The notes beneath the pieces are model-generated. The model saw only the letters and a program-made list of their open reading frames with translations. It made no database searches and was not told where the DNA came from. Position numbers and translations under genes: made by a program. From NCBI GenBank assembly GCA_963778655.1, contig CAVZVA010000009.1:1248001-1312000 (forward strand): DNA of 64,000 nucleotides, read 5' to 3'. The DNA is from an uncultured delta proteobacterium (GTDB lineage: Bacteria; Myxococcota_A; Polyangia; Polyangiales; JAFGIB01). Of this stretch, positions 27,944 through 37,925 are shown in pieces. Each line of letters begins with the position of its first letter. Position 1 is the first letter of the stretch.

Positions 27944-28971
27944 GCTCGGGGCCGCTTGCCATTTCCACCGGCGATCCGGGCGGCGTGGGACCCGAGGTAG
28001 CGCTGAGGGCCGTGGCGAATCGTTGCCAGCACGATCGGGCGGTGCTCTTCGGGGATGCCCGCGCGTTGCGCGAGCGCAGCCTCGCGCTCGGCTTGCCCGC
28101 TTCGCGCTTGCACGCGCTGGAGCCCGGCGCGCCGCTGGAGCTTCCGCTTGGCGGCGTGGCTCTGGTCGACGCGGGCGTGCCCTGGGAAGGCGAGGCGTTG
28201 CGGCACGCGCCGAGCGCCAGCGGAGGCGCCGCACAGCTGGCTGCGCTCGACGCCGCGCTCCAGGCCGCGCTCGCCGGCAGCGCGCGCGCGATCGTGACCG
28301 CGCCGATGAGCAAGGAAGCGGTCAACCTCACCGGCCAGCGGTTCGTCGGTCACACCGAGCACATGGCGCGCGCGGCGGGCCTCGCCGATGACGACGTGAC
28401 CATGATGTTCCTGGGACCTCGCCTGCGGGTGGCGCTGGTCACCACTCACCTCGCGATAGCGCAGCTGCCGCAGGCGATCACGCGCGCGCGCGTGAGCCGA
28501 ACGCTGCGGCACATGCTGGAAGCGGTGTTGCGGCTCGCGACTCCCGACGGCGCAGAGGCGATTCCGACGGTCGCGGTGACCGGCCTCAACCCGCACGCCG
28601 GCGAGGCCGGTCTGTTCGGGCAGGAGGAGCAGCGCACGATCGCGCCAGCCGTGGCCGAAGCGCAGGCGCTCGCCGTCGTGCGCGAAGGACGCGTCCGGTT
28701 GCAAGGTCCGATCGGAGCCGAGACCGCCTTTCGCCTGGCGGCCGCGGGCGAGATCGCCGCGGTGGTGGCGATGATGCACGACCAGGCGACCATCGCGTCC
28801 AAGCTGCTCGACTGGACCGAGGCGGTGAACGTGACCTGGGGCTTGCCCTTCGTCCGCACCAGCGTCGACCACGGCGTTGCCTACGACGCGGCGGCCGCCG
28901 GCAGCGCCGATGCCCGCGGCATGGAATCGGCGATCGAGATGGCGCAGCGGCTGACCCGACGCGCACCGTGA
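27940..28971 (+). CDS. pdxA: 4-hydroxythreonine-4-phosphate dehydrogenase
   Basis: GDPGGVGPE, TAPMSK, GHTE, LVTTH, GLNPHAGE.G.FG.EE, MHDQ, NVTWGLPFVRTSVDHG.AYD. ATGA overlap. Confidence 0.93.
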   Translation: MSSGPLAISTGDPGGVGPEVALRAVANRCQHDRAVLFGDARALRERSLALGLPASRLHALEPGAPLELPLGGVALVDAGVPWEGEALRHAPSASGGAAQLAALDAALQAALAGSARAIVTAPMSKEAVNLTGQRFVGHTEHMARAAGLADDDVTMMFLGPRLRVALVTTHLAIAQLPQAITRARVSRTLRHMLEAVLRLATPDGAEAIPTVAVTGLNPHAGEAGLFGQEEQRTIAPAVAEAQALAVVREGRVRLQGPIGAETAFRLAAAGEIAAVVAMMHDQATIASKLLDWTEAVNVTWGLPFVRTSVDHGVAYDAAAAGSADARGMESAIEMAQRLTRRAP

Positions 28972-29042
28972 GCCCCGCCGCCGCCCCGCGCTACGCGCGC
29001 GTTGACGCCGCGCATCCGCCTCACGTACGATCGCAAGCCGAG

Positions 29043-29189
29043 ATGTCGTTCTGGGATGATCTCAGCCCTGGTGTGAAGCGCTACGCCGTGATTGGCGCGG
29101 CGTTGCTTGCGGTGCTGTTGTCGATGCGCCACTGCGGTGCCACCGGCACGGGTGGCACGCCTCCACCGCCACGCGGCGCGGCGCGCTAG
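29043..29189 (+). CDS. Small single-TM hypothetical protein (48 aa)
   Basis: MSFWDDLSPGVKRYAVIGAALLAVLLSMRHCG...; amphipathic N-terminus plus TM; GAG just upstream. Confidence 0.5.
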   Translation: MSFWDDLSPGVKRYAVIGAALLAVLLSMRHCGATGTGGTPPPPRGAAR

Positions 29190-29330
29190 CCCTTCTCGTC
29201 ATCGGGCGGGGCCCGCGTCCCTCCCGCCCCGCCGGCAAAGCCGTTGGGGCCCACCCTCCCGCGTGGGTCGTTGCGCTCCTGCGTGGCCCGAACCCTGTTC
29301 GAGCTTCCGGGTCGTTGTCCTAGGTCTTGC

Positions 29331-30689
29331 TCAGGAACCAGTCTTTGCTCCAGGCGACGACGAGAGCGAACGCTCGAACGCGTCGGACACGCTCACGCAC
29401 GCCTCCCGCACCTCGACCTGGCCGTCGAGCAGCAACGCCAGCGGGCGCATCTCGACCGCTTCGACTTCCGCGCGCCAGTCGTGCACGAAGGCCGCCAGCC
29501 GCAACAGCACGTCGCGCACGGCTTCGACCCGCACCTTGCGTTGCGCGGCCGTGCCGTGGAAAAGCAGCTCCGCGCCGCGCAGGCGCTTGAGGGCGCGCTC
29601 CACCGCGCTGATGGCGGCCGGCAGCACCGTGAGCGTGCGATCCGCCGCCGCGACGCCGTGCGCGTCGGCGAAGCCGATTTCGAGCGCCACGCGGCCGCGC
29701 GGCAGCGGCCATGCCCTCACGCCGAGCAGCGCGGCCGCCTGGCTGGTGGCCGTGACCATCACTCCCAGCAGCCGTTCGGCGGCGCCAGTCTTGCCGGGGC
29801 TCGCCTCCAGCCGGGCCCTGGCCAGGCCCATCAGCTGGCGGAAGGTGTCGCGCACGCGCGCGGCATTGTCGACCATGTCCACTGCGAGGTCCGGGTGATC
29901 CCAGATCCGCAGATCGGGCGAGGCCAGCGAGATTCGCACCGGGTAACGCAGCCGGTTGGCCTCGGCGGCCGCTCGCGAGGCGCTGGAGCACAGCTCTTCG
30001 TCCGGCACCGGAATGCCGTAGGGCTCCAGGGCCGACTTGCTGGTCGGATCGGAGAGCGCGCGGCGCGGGCCGAACAGCACGTCGGCCACGCTCGGCGCGT
30101 CGACGCTGAGCTCGGCCTGCAGCGGGGCCTTGCTGCGGTCGGTGTCGCGCAGGGCTGCGATCGCGTCGGCGACGTCCCGCGCGCGCCCCACGATGCGTCC
30201 GGGCAGGGCCGCATCGCCGCTCCACGCGAGCATCCCGGCCTCGACCTGCACCAGGTGCCCGCCGTGACGCGAGCCCGCCGCCAGCGCGGGCGTGAGGCGC
30301 AGCCGATCGGGCTTCGGCAGGCTGCGCACGGAAGCGGACCACGGCTGCTCCGCACCGGCCGAGAGCAGGCACAGCGCCGCGATCATCGGCTCGATCTCGC
30401 CCAGCGCAGTCAGACCGAGATCGAGCGCGGCTTCTCGTAAGCGGCGCGCTGTTTCGCCTTCGCCGAGGCTGGCGACCACGAGCGGCTGCGTGCGACGCGC
30501 GGCGTCTTCGGCCAGCTCGACCAGCTGCGGTAGGGTGGGCTCGCCCGCTATCGCGACGCCGCCCGCGCCGGACGCGGCGGTGGCCCAGTCCTCGGCCACG
30601 ACCGGATCGATTTCGAGACCGACCACTTGCGATGCTTGCAGACATTCGACCGCAAGCTCCGCGCTGTCGCATATGATCCGGACTGCCAT
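29331..30689 (-). CDS. Acetate--CoA ligase family protein (C-terminal ATP-grasp), degenerate
   Basis: LSDPTSKSALEPYGIPV....C.S...A...A..L.YPV.I.L.SPD, V...F..L, ..LL.L..F....V..VE+.PL. ATG at 30689. Confidence 0.75.
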   Translation of the reverse strand: MAVRIICDSAELAVECLQASQVVGLEIDPVVAEDWATAASGAGGVAIAGEPTLPQLVELAEDAARRTQPLVVASLGEGETARRLREAALDLGLTALGEIEPMIAALCLLSAGAEQPWSASVRSLPKPDRLRLTPALAAGSRHGGHLVQVEAGMLAWSGDAALPGRIVGRARDVADAIAALRDTDRSKAPLQAELSVDAPSVADVLFGPRRALSDPTSKSALEPYGIPVPDEELCSSASRAAAEANRLRYPVRISLASPDLRIWDHPDLAVDMVDNAARVRDTFRQLMGLARARLEASPGKTGAAERLLGVMVTATSQAAALLGVRAWPLPRGRVALEIGFADAHGVAAADRTLTVLPAAISAVERALKRLRGAELLFHGTAAQRKVRVEAVRDVLLRLAAFVHDWRAEVEAVEMRPLALLLDGQVEVREACVSVSDAFERSLSSSPGAKTGS

Positions 30690-30734
30690 GCTCGACGATG
30701 CTCGGCCCCGACCCGCCAGGGGAAAGGGCGCCCG

Positions 30735-31754
30735 ATGAGCCCCACCGTGGAATTGTACCCGTGCCCGCGGGAGGCGCGAATTTGCGTGCTGGTGGGGCCG
30801 GCCGCGGCGACGGGCCGGCGCGCGGCGGGCCCGCCAAGGCTGGGGCGGGGCAGGGCGCTGGCGCTGGCCGTGCTGCTCGGGCCGGCTGCGGCGCTCCACG
30901 CCCGAGGGGCGGCCGCGCAGGTCCCGGCCGCGGCGGCGCAGGCCGAGGTCGCGCCCGCTCCGCGGGAAAGCGCGAAGGAGCACTTCGAGGCCGGTCTGCA
31001 GCAGTATCGCGCGCGACATTACCGGGAGGCGATTCGCGAGCTCGAGCTGTCGGTGGCGCGGCTGCCGAGCGCCGAGGTGTGGTTCGACATCGCGCGCGCG
31101 CACGAGCAGCTCGGCGAATACGAGCTCGCGGCGCAGAGCTACCGCCGCTATCTGCGCGATCGCGTGGATGCCCCGGACGCGCGCCGCATTGCGCAACGGA
31201 TCGAGGAGCTGAAGCGGCGGGCCGCGGCTTCCCGTAGCGCCACGCGCCAGGGCGCTGGCCCGTCCGCAGCGCTCGCGATCGACGCCGATCTGCCGGGCAC
31301 GCTGCTGCTGCTGGACGGCCGGCCACTGGGGACCGCACCGATCGATCGTATCATCGATGTCGCGCCGGGCCGCCACCGCCTGGACGCCAGACGCGACGGC
31401 TACCTACCGTTTCGCGCCGAGGTGGAGGTGCCGCCACGCGGGCTGAGCGCCGCCTACGTCGACATGCAGCCCGCGACGCGCTTTCGCAGCGCCGCACACA
31501 GGCGGCCGTGGACCTGGATTGCGGGCTCGGCCGGCGCTGCCGCCTTGCTCGCGGCCGGCGCGTTCGGGATCGCGGCGCTCTCCGAGCGCGCCGACGGGGA
31601 CGCGCGCTCCGCGCGGCACTGGGCGGTGGCCTCGGACGTTGCGCTCGGCGGCGCGCTCGGCCTCGCGGTGGCTGCGACCATTCTGTACTTCGGCGAAGCC
31701 CGGCACACAGAGCGCGTCGGCGTGCGGCCGCGTGCGGGAGCGACCCCGCCGTGA
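30735..31754 (+). CDS. TPR + PEGA domain protein
   Basis: AKEHFEAG...Y....Y.EAI, WFDIARAHEQLG....A..YRRYL (TPR); LDGRPLGTAP......V.PGRH.L....DGY (PEGA); two C-terminal hydrophobic segments. Start uncertain. Confidence 0.8.
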   Translation: MSPTVELYPCPREARICVLVGPAAATGRRAAGPPRLGRGRALALAVLLGPAAALHARGAAAQVPAAAAQAEVAPAPRESAKEHFEAGLQQYRARHYREAIRELELSVARLPSAEVWFDIARAHEQLGEYELAAQSYRRYLRDRVDAPDARRIAQRIEELKRRAAASRSATRQGAGPSAALAIDADLPGTLLLLDGRPLGTAPIDRIIDVAPGRHRLDARRDGYLPFRAEVEVPPRGLSAAYVDMQPATRFRSAAHRRPWTWIAGSAGAAALLAAGAFGIAALSERADGDARSARHWAVASDVALGGALGLAVAATILYFGEARHTERVGVRPRAGATPP

Positions 31755-31988
31755 GCTGCCGCCCGAGCGTTGGGAACGACCTGCGCGAGACGCTATCGCC
31801 TGCGCAAGGTAGGTGGTTGGCGCCGCTGCACCCACCGCGGCGCAATGGCCAATCGCTTGACCCTTTTCAAGCCACGGTGATATCCCACCGGAGCACCAGA
31901 GTATCTCCAGCGGAGCTCGATTCCTCGACGCGGGCGTGCCAGGTGGTTTGAACGGGGCCTTGGCGCGAATTCGATAGGAGACGCCGAC

Positions 31989-33482
31989 ATGCGGCTGAAG
32001 ATCATCGCGGGAAATCTGGCAGTGGTGTTGCTCCTGGGCCTCTCGGCCTGGCTGTTCGTGGGGGGTCAGCTGCGCTCCAACCTGCTCGCGCGCCTCGACA
32101 ACAAGCTGGCCAGCGATCGCGAGCTGTTCGAGCGCTCCTTCCGCCTTTCGGCGCTCGAGTTCCTCGACTTGGTCACGCAGCGCGCCTCGCAACGACAGGT
32201 GCGGGACGTGTTCGGTGGCCTCGACCAGGACAGCCGGCGCACGCGCGCGTACGATGCGGCCGAGGCAACCGCAGCCTGGCTCGCGGACCCGGCGCGCGGC
32301 GAGCGCGGCGGGCCCGACATCGTCGTGGTGGTCGACGAGACCGGCAAGGCGCTGGCACGTAACGGCGCGCGCAACGTGATGTATGGGCAGGCCCTGCAGG
32401 GAGAGATCCCGGCGCTCGCGACCGTGCTCAACGAGGGCCGCCCGGTCCACGACGTCTGGCTCGAACAGCAGGAAAAGAAGGTGCTGCAGATGGCGGCCGC
32501 GCCGATCCGGGCCGACTCCGGCACGGTGCTCGGCGCGCTGGTCGTGGGCTACGACATCAGCAACGGCCTGGCCAAGCGCGAGGGAGGCATGCTGGCCAGA
32601 GACGTCGCGTTTCTGGTGGAGGGTAAGGTGTACAGCTCCTCGCTCGAGGGTGACGCGATGCGCGACCTGCGCGGCTACCTGTTCGGCCCGCAGGCGAGCA
32701 GCACGAACGCAGTGCTGGCGGGCCAGGGCGCGAGCCAGATGTGGCGCGCGACGCTGGGCGGCCAGGAGTACAGCGGTCTGACCGCGCGCTTGCCGATGGC
32801 TCCATCCTACCCGGTCGCGTTTGCCGTGCTGGGCAATCGCAGCGCTGAGCTCGACCTGGCCTCCGTGGTGAACGTGATCTTGATCCTGACCGTGCTCGGC
32901 GCCGTGCTGGTGATCCTCTATGGCTTCGTGATCGGCGGAACGATTATGGGACCGATCGAGGAGATCGAGGAGGGCGTGCTGGCGGTGATCAACGGCAAGA
33001 CCGACCTGCGGCTGGAGATCGAAAGCCCCGAGCTCGGGGGGCTGGCCTTCCGGATCAATCAGTTGTTGAACGTGCTCACCGGCACCGAGGAGCAGACGGT
33101 GGACGAGCAGGGCAGGGTGTCGCTCGCGCCGTCGTCGAAGGACTGGGGCGACGCCGCGTTCGGCGACGCCGCGCCGTCGGCGGCAGGCAGGAGCACGGGC
33201 GCTGCCGGGGCGAATCCGGACGAGCCGATCGACGACGCCGCGCTCGGTGCTCAGTTGGGGGCGGAGGACCAGGCAGCCTACGAGCGGCGCGTGTACGCCG
33301 AATATGCCGCGGCCAAGCAGGCCCTCGGCGAGAACGTGTCGAATATCCCCCAGGATCGCTTCCACCAGCGGCTCAACGGGCGGGCCAGCGCGCTGGCCGA
33401 GAAGCACGGTTGCCGCCTGGTGCGCTTCCAGGTAGAAACCCGCAACGGCCAGGTGGTCTTGCGGCCCGTGCTCATCCGCTGA
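31989..33482 (+). CDS. Membrane sensor-like protein: Cache-like periplasmic domain, HAMP, MXAN_5187-type C-terminal domain
   Basis: AGGAG RBS; two TMs; HAMP (PI..IEEG..AV..G..DLRL.....ELG.LA..IN); C-terminal VY.EY..AK...GE.......F..RL......L..KHGC+.VRFQV....G.V.L+P. Confidence 0.82.
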   Translation: MRLKIIAGNLAVVLLLGLSAWLFVGGQLRSNLLARLDNKLASDRELFERSFRLSALEFLDLVTQRASQRQVRDVFGGLDQDSRRTRAYDAAEATAAWLADPARGERGGPDIVVVVDETGKALARNGARNVMYGQALQGEIPALATVLNEGRPVHDVWLEQQEKKVLQMAAAPIRADSGTVLGALVVGYDISNGLAKREGGMLARDVAFLVEGKVYSSSLEGDAMRDLRGYLFGPQASSTNAVLAGQGASQMWRATLGGQEYSGLTARLPMAPSYPVAFAVLGNRSAELDLASVVNVILILTVLGAVLVILYGFVIGGTIMGPIEEIEEGVLAVINGKTDLRLEIESPELGGLAFRINQLLNVLTGTEEQTVDEQGRVSLAPSSKDWGDAAFGDAAPSAAGRSTGAAGANPDEPIDDAALGAQLGAEDQAAYERRVYAEYAAAKQALGENVSNIPQDRFHQRLNGRASALAEKHGCRLVRFQVETRNGQVVLRPVLIR

Positions 33483-33524
33483 CGAGCAGGTGCCGCCGGC
33501 CCGGCCGGCACACTGGTACCGCCC

Positions 33525-34247
33525 ATGGCGCTCTTCGGTCTGCTAGGCAAGAAGTCGGAAGGATCGCAGCTCAAGAAGCTGATCGAGCGCGCTACCAACA
33601 GGCGCGCGCAGGCTGTCGACAGGTGGGAGGCGATCCAGGCCCTGACCCGAGTTGGGTCGGCCGAGGCGGTAGAGGGCCTAATGCCGCGGTTCACGTTCTA
33701 CGTGGACCCCAGCATCACCGATCAAGAGGAGAAGGACGCGGCTTTCGAGGGCATCGTCGCCGCCGGTCCGATCGCGATCGCGCCCGTGGTCGCATTCCTG
33801 CGCAAGGCGGATTCGATCAGCTGGCCGCTCAAGATCCTCGACCGCGTGGCCGGCTCCAGCGTCGTGATTGAGAAGCTGCTGCAGATGCTCGCGGAGATGG
33901 ACACCGAATACGAGCGCGATCCCCAGCGCAAGGTGCAGATCCTGGTGGTGCTGGAAGAACGCCCGGACAGCCGCACGGCGCAGGCCGTGGCGCGCTTCCT
34001 CGAGGACGCCAACGAGACCGTGCGCTTCCAGGCGGTCGGAGCGCTGCTGGCGCAGGCGGACGCCGCAGAGCACCGCGCAGCGCTGCTGGAGTGCTTCTGT
34101 TCCGAGGAGAGCGTGCGGGTCCGCAACCGCATCCTCGACGGCTTCTCGGCGGCGGGTTGGGATGTCGGAGAGATGGGGGATCGGGTCAAGCCGCGCCTCC
34201 CGGCGGGCTATACGCTCGACCGCCAAGGCGTGCCAAGGCGCGCCTGA
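33525..34247 (+). CDS. HEAT-repeat protein
   Basis: Helical repeats such as RFLEDANETVRFQAVGAL and EESVRVRNRI; follows the HAMP gene. Confidence 0.8.
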   Translation: MALFGLLGKKSEGSQLKKLIERATNRRAQAVDRWEAIQALTRVGSAEAVEGLMPRFTFYVDPSITDQEEKDAAFEGIVAAGPIAIAPVVAFLRKADSISWPLKILDRVAGSSVVIEKLLQMLAEMDTEYERDPQRKVQILVVLEERPDSRTAQAVARFLEDANETVRFQAVGALLAQADAAEHRAALLECFCSEESVRVRNRILDGFSAAGWDVGEMGDRVKPRLPAGYTLDRQGVPRRA

Positions 34248-34351
34248 GCCCGCCGCCGCGCAGGTAGAGGAGGGGGCCCCGCCGCGCGCGCGTCGTCTGC
34301 GCGTCTGACGCGTGCCGGCCTGCGGCGGCGCCCCGCCGGACCAGCGGGGCG

Positions 34352-35359
34352 TCACTTCTTCTTCTTCTTCTTGGTCCCGAGGTCGAGGGAGCCGCTGGCG
34401 GACGCCTTGCCGTGTGAGCTCGAAGCAGATCCGCTCGCTTCGTCTTCGCCGGCATGGCTGCGGTTCGGCTCGGTGGGCAGGTAGAAGGCGAAGCCGAGCG
34501 TCATCATGTGATTGAAATGGCTCAGCCGATCTTTCCCGTCGATGCGGTCGTCTGGGTAGTCGCCGCGCGAATCGCCGGATTCATCCGTGCCCGAGGTGTT
34601 CCAGGAGAACGGCATGCCGCGCCATTCGATCGTCATCGCGAGGAAGTCGGCCAGATACAGGGACAGGCCGACACCGAAGGTTGGTGCGATGGTCGAGCGC
34701 GACGTCCGGCTGGTCTGGCCGGTGGAGAAGCAGCGGATCTCCGCCCCCAGGTTGGCCCCGTTCGTGCCACCCATGTTCTTGCAGCCCGCATACTGGCTCG
34801 CCCCAACATCGGCGCGTTCTTCCAGCCCCACGAACGCGATGCCGCCCGTGATGTAGAGATCGGTGTCGACGAACAACTTCTCGAAGATGCCGAGCTTGCC
34901 GCGCAGCGGGATGAAGGCCACTTCGGGCGCGGCCATCCAATTGATGTGGGCGATCTGTTTGGGGAAGTTCTTGCGGTCGGGCAGGCTCAACACGTTGACG
35001 TCGTTGGTCTGACCCTTCGCGGTGATCTGGTCGGTCAGATCCGTGTCGATGTGCGCCAGCCCGAATCCGCCCCATATGCCGAGGCCCAGCCAGTCGGTCG
35101 GATGAAACATGAGCTGGCCGCCGCCGAGCACGGTGCGGGAATACTCGTCCTGCAGCGTCATGGTGGCGTGGAGCTGAATCTGGAAGCGCATTTGCCGGTA
35201 GGCGCGCAGCCCGATGACGGCCGGCGCCCCGGCCAGGGGCCCCTTGACCTGAACTTCCTGCGCGTGCGCCGAGGGTGCGAGCGGCGCGGCCAAGCCGAGC
35301 ACGGCCACCGCCAACGTGATCATCAAACGCTTTGCTGTCCTCATCACTGTCGCATCCAT
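34352..35359 (-). CDS. Myxobacterial outer-membrane beta-barrel protein (GltA-like)
   Basis: Signal peptide ending AHA; TLQDEY, FH.TDWLG, FIPLRGKLGIF, DLYITGG, PTFGVGL, MMTLGFAFYLP; Lys-rich tail. Confidence 0.8.
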   Translation of the reverse strand: MDATVMRTAKRLMITLAVAVLGLAAPLAPSAHAQEVQVKGPLAGAPAVIGLRAYRQMRFQIQLHATMTLQDEYSRTVLGGGQLMFHPTDWLGLGIWGGFGLAHIDTDLTDQITAKGQTNDVNVLSLPDRKNFPKQIAHINWMAAPEVAFIPLRGKLGIFEKLFVDTDLYITGGIAFVGLEERADVGASQYAGCKNMGGTNGANLGAEIRCFSTGQTSRTSRSTIAPTFGVGLSLYLADFLAMTIEWRGMPFSWNTSGTDESGDSRGDYPDDRIDGKDRLSHFNHMMTLGFAFYLPTEPNRSHAGEDEASGSASSSHGKASASGSLDLGTKKKKKK

Positions 35360-35370
35360 CCGTCAAGCGG

Positions 35371-36426
35371 TCACTTGGGGTAGTGATATTCGAAGGTGAA
35401 GGGGAAGAAGAGCGTGATGCCCAGGTGCGCCATCACGTTGTTGGTCAGCGTCGAATTCTGGTCGATCCAGGTCGAAGGCTGCTCGCGGGGCTTGCCCAGC
35501 GAGACGTTCAAGTTCTCCAGCTTCTCGAGGTACATGTAGTCTCGCAGCTCGCCGAAGATCGCGAAGTAGCGGGTGACGAACACGCGGATGCCGAGCCCGA
35601 CGTTGAAGGCGACGCGCCAGTCGAAATCGAAGGTGCGCACAGCCGGGTCGATGACTGCCACCGGTCGCGTGCGCATCATGCCGACGCCTCCCACCAGGTA
35701 CGAGTCCCACTGGAAGATCGACGTATTGAACATCGAGAACTTGCCGTAGATGGGTACGTAGGTGAAGTTCAGGTGCGCGCCGAGCTGGTACTGCGTGATC
35801 GGCACCGCGAGCCGCGTCGAGCGGCGCACGCTGAAGTTCAGATCCGACTCGCTCTCGAAGCCCTGATACCAGAGGAAGCTCGCGCCCACCGCCAGCACGT
35901 TGGTGATCCAGTAGTTCAGCCCTACGGCGAGCGCATCGTGGGAGACATACTGGTCGTTGACCGTGAACGCGATCGAAGGCGCGAGCTCGAAACGGCCGTT
36001 GCGCAGCACGTACATGCGCTGCACCGCGTAGATCTCCTCGGCGACCTCTTTCTGCTTCTCCTCGCCTCCTTCGATCTTCTCCTGCTCGGGACCGCCGCCG
36101 GCGGTCAGCTCATCGAGCACGTCTTCGCTGCCGCCGCCCCCTCCGCCTGCGGCCGCTGCCCCTCCGCCTGCGGCCGCCGCCCCTCCGCCTGCTTCGGCCT
36201 TACCCTCGGTCCCGGCCTCTGCCTTGGGTTGCTCCTGGGTCTGCTCCGGCTTTTCTGCGCCCTTGTCTCCGCTGCCGGCTTGCTCCGCCTCGTTGAGATC
36301 AAAGCTCATGTCCTGCGCGGCGGCGAGGACGGGCGTTAGGCATACGCCGAGCGCCGCAAGCCAGGCAGCCAGCCAGGTTTTCGGCATCTTCTGCCTGTCC
36401 ACTCCGTGCATGAATCCCAGGTTCAT
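35371..36426 (-). CDS. Myxobacterial outer-membrane beta-barrel protein (GltB-like)
   Basis: Signal peptide, flexible N-terminal region, IYAVQR..VL+.GRFELAP...TVNDQY, YVPIYGKFSMF, NNVM.HLG.TLFFP. Start 36426 (36388 also possible). Confidence 0.82.
   Translation of the reverse strand: MNLGFMHGVDRQKMPKTWLAAWLAALGVCLTPVLAAAQDMSFDLNEAEQAGSGDKGAEKPEQTQEQPKAEAGTEGKAEAGGGAAAAGGGAAAAGGGGGGSEDVLDELTAGGGPEQEKIEGGEEKQKEVAEEIYAVQRMYVLRNGRFELAPSIAFTVNDQYVSHDALAVGLNYWITNVLAVGASFLWYQGFESESDLNFSVRRSTRLAVPITQYQLGAHLNFTYVPIYGKFSMFNTSIFQWDSYLVGGVGMMRTRPVAVIDPAVRTFDFDWRVAFNVGLGIRVFVTRYFAIFGELRDYMYLEKLENLNVSLGKPREQPSTWIDQNSTLTNNVMAHLGITLFFPFTFEYHYPK
36137..36192. repeat. 21-bp coding tandem repeat (~2.6 copies; AGGGAAA)
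   Basis: CCCTCCGCCTGCGGCCGC(T/C)GC repeated in frame within the N-terminal linker of the beta-barrel gene. Confidence 0.75.
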
Positions 36427-36466
36427 CCTTGGTCCCTCGCCTTGTGACCGGTCTCCCAAGCGCAAG

Positions 36467-36479
36467 TAAGTGCTTGAAA
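36467..36479. promoter_or_regulatory. IHF-like site upstream of the beta-barrel pair
   Basis: TAAGTGCTTGAAA matches YAANNNNTTGATW with one mismatch, in an AT-rich intergenic patch. Confidence 0.35.
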
Positions 36480-36573
36480 TTACTCAGAAAAATGGCACTT
36501 GGCCAGAGTCCGGGCGACTATATCATGCAAGAACTGACACAATCAATCGGTAACGCTCCGCTCCCACAGTTCC

Positions 36574-37818
36574 TCATGCCGCCAGGATGGCGTCGGACGG
36601 TTTGGCAAAAAGCGCCTCGACGAAGGTGGCTGAATCGAACTCACGCAGGTCCTCGACGCGCTCGCCCAGCCCGATGAAACGCACCGGAATCTTGTGCTGT
36701 TCGACGATCCCGAGGACCACGCCGCCCTTGGCTGTGCCGTCCAGCTTGGTCAGCACCACACCGGTCACGTTCATCGCGTCGCGGAACAGCTTCATCTGCT
36801 GCACCGCGTTCTGTCCCGTGGTGGCGTCCAGCACGAGGAAGACCTCGTCGGGCGTGCGGCCGTCGGTCGCCTTGGCCACCGTGCGCTCGACCTTCTTCAG
36901 CTCCTCCATCAACGGGATCTTGGTGTGCAGCCGGCCTGCGGTGTCGGCGATCACCAGGTCGTAGCTCTCGTCGCGGGCCCGCTTGATCGCCTCGAAGATG
37001 ACCGATCCGGGATCGGCGTTTTCCTTGCCCTTGACCACCGGGCAACCCACGCGCTTGCCCCACATCTCGAGCTGCAGCACGGCCGCGGCGCGGTAGGTGT
37101 CCCCGGCCGCGAGCAACACCTTCTTGCCCTGGGCCACGTAGCGGCTCGCGAGCTTGCCGATGGTTGTGGTCTTGCCCACGCCGTTGACCCCGATCATCAG
37201 CATCACCGCGGGCCGCTGGTCCAAGCGTAATGGCCCGGCCGGCACTTCCAGAATGGCCTCGGCCTGAGCGCGGATGCAGGTCCACACGCTCTGCTCGTCG
37301 CGCAGCTCGCCGCGCTGCATGCGAGCGCGCAGATCTTCGAGCACGCGTTCGGTCGTGCGCACCCCGAGGTCCGCGGTGATCAGGACCTCCTCGATCTCGT
37401 CGAGCAGACCCTTGTCGATTTCCTTTTTGCCGCCGAACAACTTGGCCAGACGCGCCACGAAGCCGCCGCGCGTGCTGGCCAGGCCCTGGCGGAACGCAGC
37501 CACGTTCTGTTCGTGCTCGGCGACGCCCGCATCGACGGCGGGCATTGCCTCGGCTGGTGACGGTACCTGCTCGGTCGCGGGAGCCTGAACCGCAGCCGTC
37601 TCGCCGCGGGCGACCGCCGGTTGCTCGGCCGGAGGCGGTGCGGCTGCTTCGGCCGGAAGCTTCTTTTCGGCCGGCGCGATGCCTTCACGCTTGGCCTGTT
37701 CCGGCTTGGCCTCGCGCGGCGGCTCAGCGGGTAAGCTCCGGCCGGGCTTCCGCGCCAGCAAGAAGAAGAGCAGCCCCAAAACCAGAACTGCTGCGATGAC
37801 GGAAAGCGCGGTAGCCAT
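36574..37818 (-). CDS. ftsY: Signal recognition particle receptor FtsY
   Basis: [55 protein letters not shown]-terminal TM anchor. Confidence 0.97.
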   Translation of the reverse strand: MATALSVIAAVLVLGLLFFLLARKPGRSLPAEPPREAKPEQAKREGIAPAEKKLPAEAAAPPPAEQPAVARGETAAVQAPATEQVPSPAEAMPAVDAGVAEHEQNVAAFRQGLASTRGGFVARLAKLFGGKKEIDKGLLDEIEEVLITADLGVRTTERVLEDLRARMQRGELRDEQSVWTCIRAQAEAILEVPAGPLRLDQRPAVMLMIGVNGVGKTTTIGKLASRYVAQGKKVLLAAGDTYRAAAVLQLEMWGKRVGCPVVKGKENADPGSVIFEAIKRARDESYDLVIADTAGRLHTKIPLMEELKKVERTVAKATDGRTPDEVFLVLDATTGQNAVQQMKLFRDAMNVTGVVLTKLDGTAKGGVVLGIVEQHKIPVRFIGLGERVEDLREFDSATFVEALFAKPSDAILAA

Positions 37819-37925
37819 GTTCCCGAGGCGCGGCGGCCGTGTGGGGAGCCACTATAGGAATGGCCCGCAGCCGCAGTCAACGACGATGTGGGATTCTTGC
37901 ACGCAGCGACGCACGAGCCCCAAGC

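Noticed and set aside
30690..31376. N-terminal extension of the acyl-CoA ligase-like ORF (681 aa)
   Set aside because: Antisense to the TPR-PEGA gene; ATG 30689 is more plausible.
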